This document shows positions 25,615 through 38,100 of a stretch of DNA of 64,000 bases, piece by piece. The notes beneath the pieces were generated by a model, which saw only the letters and a program-made list of their open reading frames with translations, did not search any database and was not told the origin of the DNA. Source of the DNA: Pseudogymnoascus verrucosus (lineage: Eukaryota); assembly GCA_001662655.1 (NCBI GenBank), contig KV460209.1. The stretch is one strand, 5' to 3'. Both the position numbers and the translations under genes were made by a program. Positions within the stretch are counted from its first letter, which is position 1. The number at the start of each line of letters is the position of its first letter.

Positions 25615-26697
25615 CTTGAGTGGGGATGCCGCGACTGCCAGAACACGCTATTGCGCTACTCCTGTAGGTAGTGGGTCGTCAGGGCGATTGTAGATAACCA
25701 CATGGGTGAATCAGGGGCAAAATATCGATTCTGAGCAGCAGAAAACATAGGAGCAAGGCCTATATCCCCCCTGGGGTGCTTTGGGTTCGTAATCACGCGG
25801 CTCAATTCGAGTTGCGTGGTAATCAGAAGTAGCTCATCGAGTTGTCTTAGTAAGGAGTTTGAGGCCGGGAAACGGCAATGACAGGCAGGGCATGGCGATG
25901 GGACCATAGGCGATAAGGTAATAAGGTTATCTTATCGCCTACTTTGGTCTCATATATGGCCGATCGGGGTCTGCTCGGCGAATGTTTAACAACACGAGAC
26001 CGTGTTGTACTGACTGTAAACCGGTCCGAAATCATATTGTACAGTAATATTGTTTTGGAGATTTATTGGGAAACAAAATAGACTGCAGAGAGTGAGGTTG
26101 ATCCATGGATATGGACCTGGTTTTAAGTACTACGAGCAGTACCAGCACTACCCAAATTGTGGCTATAAACAACCAATCGCAAATAAAGAAAGCGATGATT
26201 TCCTATAAGATCGAGCTTCATCCCGTTTTTAGAGAGTCAGCTACCTTCGAGAGTAATTAATTCCTTCCATGGGTTCCATTTGTCGTACTGTGGCTGCCGA
26301 TCGCCGGCGTATCCGTCGACGACAGAATGCGGGGAATGGCGGGGTCACTGGGGCGTCAGCACAACTTTAACTTCAGATCGTGAGTTTGCATCTTCAACTC
26401 CCGCACTCCACAGTCACGAGCCAACCACCCCTCCGACCTCATACCCGGCAGGATACATACCAATTACACGTATCCGACCTTTTCAAACCAATAGTCCACT
26501 ATCTCAAGGCCACAATTCCAGCGCTTCAAGCATCCAATCCAATCCCAATCTAAAAAACACCCAAAACAAAAACCACCAACCCTAGCAACCAACGGCCAAC
26601 GGCCAACGGTCAAGAACCAGCAACCAACATCAAGCAAACCAACAACGCACACGACAGCCCAACAACCACAACCATTCCTCCCCTCCGCAAGCTCGCT

Positions 26698-27417
26698 ATG
26701 TCCGCCCCGGCCCCCTGGGGCCCCATCCTCCACACCCACCTCACCCATCTCACCCCCCCAACCTTCACCCTCAGCACACTCCACCACACACCATCCCTCA
26801 CACCGCCCTACAGTCCCCGTGCACGAACCTGCGTATTCCGGGGAATGTTCGGGTCCGGCCCACGCGGCGCCGCGAAGGGTCCACAGACGGCCAGTTCCGA
26901 CTTACTCACCTTCACGACGGACGTGCGGTCGGCTAAGGTCCCCGATTTACTCGGCCCGGGACAGGAGGATAGGAGGGCGAGTGGTGGAGGAGGGAGGGTG
27001 GAGCTTGTGTTCTGGGTGAAGGAGGTGAATATGCAATGGCGCATACGGGGAGATGGGTGGGTTCTTGGGCCGGATGTTGGGGGTAGGGGAGAGGGTGCAG
27101 AAGCTGTGAAGGAGGCGCTTAAGGGGAGGCTGGGGGAGGTTGGGGAGGAGTGGGGGTGGGAGGGGGAATGGGAAAGGCAGTTTGAAGGGATGGGGAGGGA
27201 GTTGAAGAAGGGGTTGGCGGGGCCGCCGCCGGGGGAGGTGAAGAAGGGGGTTGAAGGGGGGGAGTTTGATGAGGAGAAGGCGAAGGGGAATTTTAGGCTT
27301 GTGGTTGTGAGGCCAGCGGAGGTGGAGTGTGTGGATCTTACGGACCCTGAGAGTTCGAAGAGGTGGATATATACGTTTGTGGAGGGGGAGTGGAAGAGGG
27401 AGGAACTGAACCCGTGA
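26698..27417 (+). CDS. Pyridoxamine 5'-phosphate oxidase-like FMN-binding split-barrel protein (YGR017W/Alr4036 type)
   Basis: PW...FTLSTL, PRARTCVFRG, FTTDVRSAKV, ELVFW...QWRIRG, NFRLVVV and C-terminal ELNP. Confidence 0.8.
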   Translation: MSAPAPWGPILHTHLTHLTPPTFTLSTLHHTPSLTPPYSPRARTCVFRGMFGSGPRGAAKGPQTASSDLLTFTTDVRSAKVPDLLGPGQEDRRASGGGGRVELVFWVKEVNMQWRIRGDGWVLGPDVGGRGEGAEAVKEALKGRLGEVGEEWGWEGEWERQFEGMGRELKKGLAGPPPGEVKKGVEGGEFDEEKAKGNFRLVVVRPAEVECVDLTDPESSKRWIYTFVEGEWKREELNP

Positions 27418-30400
27418 GAATCTTGACTACTTGAAGATTGGAAAGGGGGAGCTGACAGGAGGCGAAGTGGATTAGGGAGAACCATGCGACTCGGGAGCTT
27501 GTAGACAGCTGAGGTGGAACAGCAATGCATATGAGAATCAGGGGGTTAGGGGCTCCAAGACATCCACGGGACAAGGACGACTGGTGAATAATGGCCTGGT
27601 CTTGCACCGGAGAAATAATATGTGAGACCCTGAGGTTGAGGATGTAGAATTGGCAGCTAAAGCCGCCAGACCAAAATAGAGCATCTGGGCGCCTGTTTTT
27701 GCAACTCACTCTTCTAGACCACCGAGTCTCCCACAAGGGCGCCACTTCATCTACACAGCTTGACAATAGGGCCTTTGAACGTTACGCTACGAGTCTGATT
27801 TGGAGCCACTGGCATGACGACAGTAGCTCGCATAATGTACAGTACAAACCGCCTGTGCATTATGTAGTCCGACCGGATTAGGCTAATATCATCACTCAAG
27901 CGAGACACACATCCTTTCCGCAACCGGTGGGCGCTCGAGCTTCGACAGCCCAGGAGTGGCACGGGACGTTGTTGGCGCGGGATGCAACACTGGCAGACGT
28001 GTCTGTGGTTGGTCGTACCGAATTTCGCCGTAGGAATGTGGGAGTTGAGGCGTGGAGACAAGGGTTTCCAGGGTCCTCATGGGAAATCGAGAGCTCCTCA
28101 CGAGTTGGATTATGGATAGAGGAAAGATTGGCGGCTCGCTTCTGTGGTGATGATACACGCAAATTCTTCAGCGGCGGGGAAGAGTGAGAGGCGGTGTATG
28201 GGTATTTGGAGAGGAGCATGGCTGTGGTTCAATGGCGCGCAAACCAGTGGAGTTGCGTCAGAAAGCGAGAGGGAGGCCTGCACTCACATATGCAGTCTTG
28301 AGGCCCTGTTCTCACATATGCAGTCGTGACTCGTCATTTTGGCCGCCAGTGGTAGTCTTGGGGCCTCTGCTGGCTGTGAACCTCGTTCTGCAGCGCCCGT
28401 GCTGTAGAAGTACAGTGCCCGAGTACACTCGAATACCGTGTGGGCGCAAACCGGCACAATTCTACGGAGTAGTAAGTACCTTGGCGATGCAGGAAGGGTT
28501 GGAGAAAAGAGGAGGTGTGTGGCGATCTGTTCGCTAGGATCGGGCGGAAGGGTTCCCCGATCACGCTTGTTCTTGCCCGTCAGTCGCTGTTTCTACAGAT
28601 GGCGCACACGATTTCTCTTGATTTTCTCAGCCGCTCTTTGTGCGGAGACTGGCGAGAAGAAAGGGCAAGATCTGAGATTGATGAGATACGGGGATAAAGG
28701 TCTCGGCGCTGCTGTGCAACAGGGAGATAAATTGACGGCGGGCACCCCGAGGCCTTGTGCGACAAGAAAAGTGTTGGTGCCATTAAAACACTCTATTTAT
28801 GTGTGCGCCTTAGCCGCTGAGACTGGGGTGTCTTCATCAGATATGCGGGCGGATGGCACAGCGATATCGTGCTGGCAACATGTGCCGTTAGTATTCGCAA
28901 CGGGGCGCACTTAGCTTCGGAACCTCGTGTGGATGGGTATGGTCCGCCAAGTACTGGAGTGGTTCTTCGCGTGGTGGGGATGTGATGCGCATCATCTGCA
29001 CACTTCGAGTCTCTGGCCAAGAATATCTGCTTCCTTCTTGTGTTTCGAGTTTGCCGATGCAGTTGGCCCTCGCAGGCAGTTCATTGGGCATCATGGAGCG
29101 AGCGAGGTTGGACGGATACGTGTTCTCCAACGACGTTAGAAGCGCGCGAGGGCTTTTGGAATCAAGTGAGAAAACCGCTCATGGCCATGATGTACAGCAT
29201 ACACGGCCAACGAGTGTGTAATATGTGCAATGCTACGTCGAGTGCCCATGAGGCCTATGAGACGAGAATCGCTCGTGTGCTGTAGCGTGGCAAAGGCGCA
29301 CCTGCTAGGGAGACTCACACTGCGGGCCGTCGCGATGGGCTTCGGTTTAGCAGGCTATAGTACACAGTACGTACATGAGATGTAAGACTGGCCCACTCAG
29401 CACGGCTTCTTACTGTACCAGTACCGGGAGAGACAAAGGAAGGGGGGCATTTGGCTGCCATGTCACCGTTTCTAATATACGCGATTATCATGGTAAGCTT
29501 CGTATATTGCTCGTCTAGCCTGTCCCGTAGATCACAGTTCATGGGAGAAGAGGGTAGAATAGAGAGTATAGAGTATAGAATATAAAATATAGAATATACC
29601 TTGAGTATGGAGAACACATCATAGCTAAAGGGGGGGGGGAGCGGGTTAGAAGCATACAGACGTATAGACATACATATTCGTGCATACCTCGTACATACGA
29701 TACGCATGGCAACATGGCAACGTATGGCAGGTATAGTAGGAATAATAGGAATGGCAGGCAATTAATATGAAGCTATGTATGTATTCTATGCTATAGTTGT
29801 ATATTCTACTCTATTATAGTACGTCAATGGAGAAACATCGCCGTAGATCCTCTCCCTCCTCCACTTCAAACATCCTTCTTTGCCCGGCTACGAGAGGTAT
29901 TTGTGGTTGGCCCATAATCGTTCTCTTCGTACCGGTGACATACACAGAGTCTCCCATATGATTCCCTGCGAAGTACTGCTGTAGAGTACATAACATCATA
30001 ATCGACTACCTACTCTACCTACTCGACAGTCATACCATACATAACCCCTCACAACCCCCCCGAAGTGCGACAAAATTCTCGACTACAGTCTTTCTAGACG
30101 TTTAATCTCTGCTTTCTCCTCTTCCTCCACCATTTCCTCCACTCTCGTCGTCGCTTCCTTCTATACACCTTCGAGAATCAGCGTCGAGTGGGGACTGTTG
30201 GGAAATTACCCTTCATAGTCGGATATTATTGTTCGTGGCAAGTGACTTAGACCGAAGCTTGCCAAGCACCACCGGACAGGGCGAACTCCACGCCAAGCAG
30301 CGATCACTCCGGCAGGGTGAGAGACAGCACCTCTGTGCAACCGAACCTCAACCTCCCCAACGGCCAACACAAACTTCATACTCCATACCGTCAGTTTCAA

Positions 30401-30604
30401 ATCACCGCCTCGCTTCTACCGGAAATATATGCGCGTCTAAAGAGACATGGCCTCTTCGTAAGGGCGTGCCTCCTGCAGCAAGCTGGACATTCGAATCCCC
30501 GTTATACCACAACAACATCTGCGATCCAACGACGTCAGCGGGACTTATTGTCCCTTTTTCAACAAACACGATAGCAAAGCGAGAGGTCCATAGCAGCATT
30601 CAGC

Positions 30605-32128
30605 ATGGATCCGCTCAATAACCTTGTCAAGTCGATACCCGACTGGCAGGTTCTCCTCGATGACCTCAATGGCAAGATAGCAAGGCGACAGGGCGAACTG
30701 GCCGAGGCCGAGAGCAGCAGACCCTCGACGCGCTCATTACGGAATAAGGGTTCTGCGGAGTCCCTACGCCCGAAAGACGACAACGATGTCATACCAGAGG
30801 ATATCGAGATTGCCATGGATTCTACTACTGATACCCCCAATACAAATAATGATACCGCAATCCCTACAATCACCCTACCCGCCAACGGCAAGGCACTATC
30901 ACCACCGAAAGTCGACAACTCCCCACGAACTCCCCAACGCGACACACCTAATCGCCTCCGCGGGGCCTTCGCAAAGGGTCTCCCCGCACTCACACCACCC
31001 GTCCTCCGCAAGCGCAAGACCGAGTCTCTAGCCTCCGCTGAATCAGGGAAGCCGAAACACAGGACGCGCTCCATGATAATCGTCTACTACGACTCGGCAG
31101 TGCAGAGCGACTTTGAGGCCCTCGTCAAGCACATCAGCGCCTCTCGCAACTCCATGCGCAAGGGTAAGATGGCCGCACGGATGGCGAGCATGCGCATGAT
31201 GGCTGATCTGGAGTCATTGGGCGATGAGCTGGAGCCGGAGTTGAAGGTGGATGATACCCCAGCGGCTGCTGTGGGGGCCATTGCAAATGGCTCTACTAGT
31301 AGCCCGAATGCGATGATAGCTTCTGTTTCACCCGGTGACGATGATGACGAGGGGCTGCCGTTGCCGGCGTTGAATTTCGTATCAACACGTCGCATGGGGC
31401 CGATGAGGGAATTGTCGTCTAACAGAGCTCTTCGTGCGGGACCAGGGGCGCCAGGCGTGAGACGCGCCGGGCAAGGCCCTCCTGGTGGCGGAGCATCCTC
31501 AAGGATATCTGCGTTGGGCTCGAGTATATTCGACGAGCTGGACAGTGGACTTGAGTGGTGCCAGAGCATGTGCGAGCATGCTGCCCACCAGTTCCTGCGT
31601 GATGGACAGTGCACCTCGGAGATCGAAGGGATCAAATCACGACTGCAAGAGGTGTGGGATAGGGCTGAAGAAGAAATTAAGGCAGAAGGGAAGGGAGCGG
31701 AAGTTGGTACGGACAAGGACCCGAGCAAGACGACGGACCGGAAAGCTGACTATGTCAGAGCGGGTGATAAAGATGGAGCTACTGCCCCTACTTCCACCGC
31801 TACATTGAAGCCGGAACCCCAGTTGCCACGGACTTTAAAGCAGATCCAGATCAGGAAGGAAGCAGAGAAGATGTTTGAGAAACCGGAAAAGCCAGCACAA
31901 AAGCCGGCTCAAAAGTCATTAGAAAAACCCACGGAAAACTCGCCTAAGGGGCTGGAAGTGAAATCCCTGGAAAAAGATGGCGGATCGGCCATCGAAGTCG
32001 ACGATGTTCTAGAAGTAGACGACGATGCGATGGAAGCAGATGAGGTGGATGAGGATGCCTACAGGAAAGAGTACGCCGCCATTATTGCGCGGAACTCGAA
32101 CTATCGACGACGTCCAAACGTCCGTTGA
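30605..32128 (+). CDS. Conserved-looking fungal hypothetical protein, largely disordered
   Basis: 507-aa intronless ORF with ordered blocks MIIVYYDSAVQSDFEALVKHI and LEWCQSMCEHAAHQFLRDGQC. Confidence 0.75.
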   Translation: MDPLNNLVKSIPDWQVLLDDLNGKIARRQGELAEAESSRPSTRSLRNKGSAESLRPKDDNDVIPEDIEIAMDSTTDTPNTNNDTAIPTITLPANGKALSPPKVDNSPRTPQRDTPNRLRGAFAKGLPALTPPVLRKRKTESLASAESGKPKHRTRSMIIVYYDSAVQSDFEALVKHISASRNSMRKGKMAARMASMRMMADLESLGDELEPELKVDDTPAAAVGAIANGSTSSPNAMIASVSPGDDDDEGLPLPALNFVSTRRMGPMRELSSNRALRAGPGAPGVRRAGQGPPGGGASSRISALGSSIFDELDSGLEWCQSMCEHAAHQFLRDGQCTSEIEGIKSRLQEVWDRAEEEIKAEGKGAEVGTDKDPSKTTDRKADYVRAGDKDGATAPTSTATLKPEPQLPRTLKQIQIRKEAEKMFEKPEKPAQKPAQKSLEKPTENSPKGLEVKSLEKDGGSAIEVDDVLEVDDDAMEADEVDEDAYRKEYAAIIARNSNYRRRPNVR

Positions 32129-33357
32129 AGCTCCAATTTCAGCCAACAAGGCTTATGAATTGAGCAATGGGGGGCAAGATATTTTGCGATGATCGTTAGA
32201 ATTGGATCGAATCTTGCCCCTTTCACGAGAGAGAGCGAGTTAGCGAGCGATTTTTGTTGCATGGGAGAGCGTGGCATTGTTTTTTTGGGCATCCGGCGTC
32301 CCGTATATTTACGTGAGGCATTATCATATTTATAGTGATTGATCACTTGGAGTTCAAGGAGGCTGAGGTGGAGCGCTCATCTTTATTGGGCCAGAGAGAG
32401 AGACAGGATTACCATCCATAGATTTAGTAACTTCACAAACAACCATACGAACCGTTCCAACCGTTCCAACAGTTCCCAACGTACCCTTGCTCTGCTGAAC
32501 TGCGCCGTACCTGCACGAGGCCCGAGACAGTTATTTGTCGCATGATATTATTATGGAATTGGGATTATCGGCGGTGGGGGTCGCGTGGGGGGCACTACAA
32601 CGCTATTAGTGAGCAAACCCCACCCTCATGCGCCCGACGGGGAGCCTCGTTCATTGGGGTCGAGCGCCCCCTGAGTCTCTCAGCCCGAAGGAGGCCGTGA
32701 ATCCCCCCCCCTTTCTCTCCCAGGCCGCCCCCGAACGACCCGAACGGGCCCCAATTTCCCGCTCGGCGACGCCTAAAAAAACGGTCACAAGCTGGGTTAG
32801 TTAGGCTTCTAGATGGATTCTAGATACCCTAGGGCCGATCCCAAGGGTTCTCAGACGGACGCTGGCGGTGCGACGCGAGGGAAAAGTGTGGAGAGTGGGA
32901 ATGTTTGGTGGTATTTTGTGTTTTGGCGCCCGGTACTGGGGAGATTGCAGTCCGTAGCCTTGCCAATTAAGCTTTTTTTTTGCGTGGGGTTTCGCTGATG
33001 TAAGTCGGGTTTTGTGTGGGGGGCGAAGACCGGACCTAGCCAGACGAGGCGCTGTAGATTACTGAATGGGCGTCCCGGGTTCCTTTCGCCGATCGAGTGA
33101 ACGCGACTCGTCTTTTGCCCTGTACACCGATAATTCCTTCTGAGGGCTAGATTCGAGCACAGGGCGTCGACTTTGTAAGAATTCTGTTGTTTGCGGAGGA
33201 TGGTAAAACCGGGTCTTGCCACTTTTGTCGTTCCGGCCTGGCCCTTATATGGTCGGCTTGTCCTCGAACTGTGAAGAAAGGTTGGCTGGACGGACTGAAG
33301 ATCTCTGAAATATTGGAAAGTTCTATGCCAGATATTGCCATACGATAAGCAAGCAAC

Positions 33358-34602
33358 ATGCCTGACAGCGTAAGCTACTTAACTGCACACTAGCCTATAC
33401 TTGACGAATGCCGGGCAGAATCCACGAGCAAGCCCACTAACACCGCACCGTAGGACAAGGCCAATCTGGCTCGCATCCGCGACAACCAAAGGCGGTCCCG
33501 AGCGCGCCGGAAGGAGTACCTCCAGGAACTCGAAGGCCGACTCCGGCAATGCGAACTCACGGGTGTCGAAGCCAGCTCCGAGATCCAGGGCGCGGCGCGC
33601 AAAGTAATCGAAGAGAACCGGCGCTTACGTCTGCTCCTTGCCCAACATGGCTTGAGCCCCGACGACGCTAGCGATGACGATGGCAGCCAGCAGTGGTCGT
33701 CGAATACACCGAGAAGCGATGATGCGCAGGCTCTAGAGACACTTCTTAACATTCGCCGATGGAAGTGCAGCGAGACGCAGGGGTCGCCGCCAGAGACGGG
33801 GCCGACGTCTACGATGCCTGGTGAACAGAATATCGATATGGTCGCTAGCCCACCCGCGGTGCAGGCGGCGTGGATGCCATCGCCGGAGAGCATGGAGGAA
33901 CGGGGAGCGGAACAGCTTGAGAACTCGGGTTTGGGTCTGAACACATTACAAACGGGATGGGCGGCATCACCGGATGATATTCAGTACCAAGGGCTTCAGA
34001 AACTAGGCCGAGAATCCGACCCTTGTACACCGGTATCTTCGTACAGCTTTTCGAATCAGTGCTGTGGAGGAAATAGCTGCACTTCTAATCCGAGAGAGCA
34101 ACAGGCGCCAATTCAACAGCAGCCTCAGCTACAGCCTGGAGGGCTGCTCGGAGCAATTAATATGTTGGGTCCTATGTCGACTCACGAGGAACAAAGAAAA
34201 GCCTTCGACATCGCAGTCCAGGCCCATATTGACCCAAACCAATACCGCTACCTCCAGCAACTACAGGCTCTCTATGACCCCTCCAAAGCTCTCTACAACC
34301 CATCCATGTCTGTATACCAGCAACCCCAACCTCGTCAAATTCAGCTTCCAGTACGACCTGGCCCTTCGTTCCAAACACCACCATACGTTATCGGCCCTCC
34401 TAGAAGTACACCAAGTGCCCAGGCTATTGGGACGAATAGCTGCATCTATGCCACCGACATGATTACCGCGATGGCAACCGAAGCTCTGCCATCGGATGTC
34501 CGAACCGATCTTGGATGCTCACCACAATGCAGCACGGACTGCGAAGTGAGCAACCACGTCGTTTTCGATGTCATGGACCGGTACTCTGGTATGGGACGTT
34601 GA
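33358..34602 (+). CDS. bZIP-like transcription factor
   Basis: 12-nt first exon ATGCCTGACAGC, intron 33370-33453 (GTAAGC...ACTAAC...TAG), then DKANLARIRDNQRRSRARRKEYLQELEGRLRQCE in frame with ORF 33652-34602. C-terminal SCIYATDMI...DLGC...DCEV block. Confidence 0.85.
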
Positions 34603-35193
34603 TGCCCTTTTCGTTACTTTTATTTTGTGCCGCATTCGATGATACCCCGTGAGATTATTTGGTTCTGTCTTTTTTCCCATGTAGGACAATTTGTGGCGTT
34701 TTTTTGTTTTGCATTCCACAAGAGTCTTTGTTTGTTTGTCCGGCCGCAATTGCATCTTGAATTCCTTCCAAATATTAGATGCGGCGGGGGATATTGTACG
34801 ATGCGAAAACAATGATGTGAAATGAAATGAAAGAAAGTTGAATTCCGCCTCCGATGTTTTTGTGGGACAAAGGCTCTCCGGATGCGAATGTGCCTTTGTT
34901 CGAAATTGCTGAATTGGACGAATGGCGCCGCCGAGGGCTTACGCTTCCGGCGACAAGGAGCGTAGCAAGGCCTCCTTTGTCCGTGAAATGGGTTCCAAAA
35001 CCCTTGATAATTTCTTGGTGACGGCGAGAGAATATTGATTATTGCGACTTGGACTCGGTGGAGCTACGAAATTACCCTAATCATATTATAACCTCTATAC
35101 TTGCAAGGTAAGTCTACAGATATGAAGCTGCGTTGCCCAGGACGACCATTGCGTGGCCTGGTAGGTGAACAAACTGACTTTTATACCGTTTAG

Positions 35194-38100
35194 ATGGCGG
35201 CTCAAGCGCCAAACGTCGATCCGGCCGATATGACGGATGTTCTTGACCCTCGATTTGCAACGCCTTTTAACCGAATCTATGATATAAACAGACGACTGGA
35301 GGCAGTTAGATTGTATGGGACTGAGGCGGTGTTTGCCCCCATGCCCACGTTTTTCAACAGTGACGACAATCAGCAGCCGCCTGACGGACCTGCAGACGAT
35401 GACTTCCATGAGTACGAGGTTGATCCTTGGGGGCGCCCAAGGGAATCATTGCTGCCAGGGGAAAATCCATTTGCCGACCTTCTTGTAACTCGGAACCAAG
35501 CCGATGATAGAAGGAACACCGACCTTGGAGAGCTCCCACACTTCGGAAATTTCGGCCCGTACTTTCGAAAAGTGAACGCCGTGGGAAACCTAGCAGGCAA
35601 ATTCGTAGCCCCAAAGCATGTTGGTGCTAGATACGACATTACTCCGTTAATCGACGAGAAGCTGAAAACTGATCCTTTGGCATTGAACCCTGATTTTGAC
35701 GATTGGAGGAGAGAAGTCGAGTTTCAATTTGGAGAGAAGCCACCGCTGCCGCCTCCCAGTCTTGGGCCCGCTCCGGATCCCGGAGACGCTTCTTTTGACT
35801 TCAGTAGCCTCGCAATAATACTCAATAATAGGAGGGTCCAACCACTGCTTGTCCCTCACCCAAGTATCCGTTCTCCGCTCGCCCCCCAAAAAGGCACAGA
35901 TGAGGAGATGAATGCGGATATGGAGCGCATCAATTCCCTGTCGGTGGAACTTAGCTCGTCATGGTGGATTGCCAATATCTTGTGGTGTATGGGCGAGGAC
36001 GACACTTCTTTGGCTAGGACAAGTGCCATGATGAGGGAAGGCGTCTGCCCTCCAGAGGTGTTTCCATATTACGTGGACCCGAACACCATGGAGAAAGTGG
36101 AAAAGTGCGATTACGTATCGGGGCCACTGGCCTTATATGTGCCATTTCGCGTTGTCTACGGCAGCCCTGACCCAACGGAGAACACCTTTTGGGTTCCGAA
36201 GCTGAAGGGCGTGGATGGGTCTGCGATGAGGTTCATGCGGCCGCCGTTTCCAGAATATTGCACACTAGACACACGATTCGCTCCGGTTCCGGTAAGTCTA
36301 TAGTCGTGATAGTGCTGGAAGGAGTTTCAATGCACGTGTACTATTATTAAAGGCAATAAGCTGATATAATACAGGTTCTTCAGTCTACGGTCTTGCCAGA
36401 ACGACATGACATAGGCCGTCCGGAACTCAAGCTCTGGGATGGTATCCCTGGGCGCACATTCCGTTTACCGCCGTACTTCTGGCCAGATGAACTGAGAGAC
36501 AGTCACCTTGATGGCGAAGACCGACCCTTCGCCGTTGATATACGTCGCATCCCTGTAAAACGTCCAGCTGGCAACACACAGACCCAGCCCCAGCCACCGC
36601 AACCTTTCAGACCAACGCGACGTCTGAACACAGTTTATCGAGACCGCACCAAGGTCCCTCAAAATCCGCAGAGAATATACAATCCGGGCACACATACTCC
36701 AACACACAACAGTAGGCAAACCCACGGGCCAAATCAACTGGGAGGCAATGTGGAAGAAGATGATAATTCCCCAAGCTTCCTCCAGGACGAGTTCGAATAT
36801 GACCTACAGGGGGACGTATGGGGTCCAATCGGCGGATTCGAAGGCCGGGACTATGAATCTGAGCGCCAAAAGGACCACGATAGATGGTACCGCTACTTCC
36901 TCATCAACAACGATCCCTGGGATCGAACTATCATTGTCAATGGCGTGCAAGTAAAGCCAGGTGCGGTTGCTGGGCCGCTCCCTGCATTTGCCATGCTTGA
37001 GCTTGATGGCCAGGCAGCGTTTTGGTTCGGCGTTGGAGGCCGAAATTATGATCCTAACACCGCGCCGCCCACTGAGAAGAGGGCGGCGGAGAACGAGGCT
37101 CCTGGAGATGGAAACCGGGGCAAAGTTCAACGACTAATACCCAGACCGTGGTCTCCGGGCCAAGAAACAGGAGGAACATACCAGGCTTTTATAACGATAA
37201 CTTTACCGACTGGAACCTCCCCGCTGCCGTCCCCTGCTACTGCTACGGCTGCGGTGTTTGAAAACTTGCAAATTGGCCAGACTCAGAACCAGCCTCTTCG
37301 GAACCAGCCTGCTCAGAACCAGCCAGCTCAGAACCAGCCTGTTAAGAACCAACCTGTAGCGCCGGAGCCTTTTGGGGGCTTCAGGGCAGATGCACCGGAG
37401 TTTGTACCGGGTTCTTCAGGCGGTCTAGTGGGGTTAGGATTGCTAGGGTTGCGAGGAGGAGCAGGCACGGAAGATGATCTAGATCCTGTGGGCAGTGGAG
37501 CTAGTGCGGCGCGACCTGCCGCCAAACGGCGGACTGATCCGGCAACCGACGAGAACATCGAGAAAGCGATGGGAGAGGCGGCTCGCCAAATGGCACTGGC
37601 ACATGCTGCGGCTGGTGCATTATTGGCAGGTGGCACTCCGCAACAGGAGAGTACTGGGACTCCGCAACATATCGGCAGTGGGACTACACAAAATACCAGC
37701 ACTGAGACTGCACAAAATACCAGCACTGAGACTACAAAAAATACCAGGGCTGCGACTACACAAAATACCAGGGCTGCGATTTCACATCTTTTCAATTTGA
37801 TTCCATATCAATTCACTCCTGTGGCTCTACAGCCGATGAATACGAGGGCTCCACAATATATGACTACTGAGACTCCGCCATATATGAATGCTGGGGCACT
37901 AGAGAGCCTGCTGGAGCGTTATGGGATCTGCGTCGACCCTTCGTGGGATAAGGCAAGATTGCTTAATGAACTGTTAAAGGTAAAGATACCACTTTACCAA
38001 TCCGCAGAGAGAGCTGACAACCAAACAGAAGTAGCCCAAGCCGAAAGAAAAGCTCGAGCTCGAGCTCGCGCAGAACGCATGATATCTACTGTTTCGGAGA

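Noticed and set aside
26554..26697. Possible ACG-initiated N-terminal extension of the PNPOx-like gene
   Set aside because: The open frame is short and C/A-rich, so lack of stops is expected; there is no independent support.
32570..32800. GC-rich, potentially structured segment upstream of the bZIP gene (RNase P/MRP/SRP-like?)
   Set aside because: No conserved ncRNA boxes recognised; G and C runs pair by chance; most likely promoter DNA.
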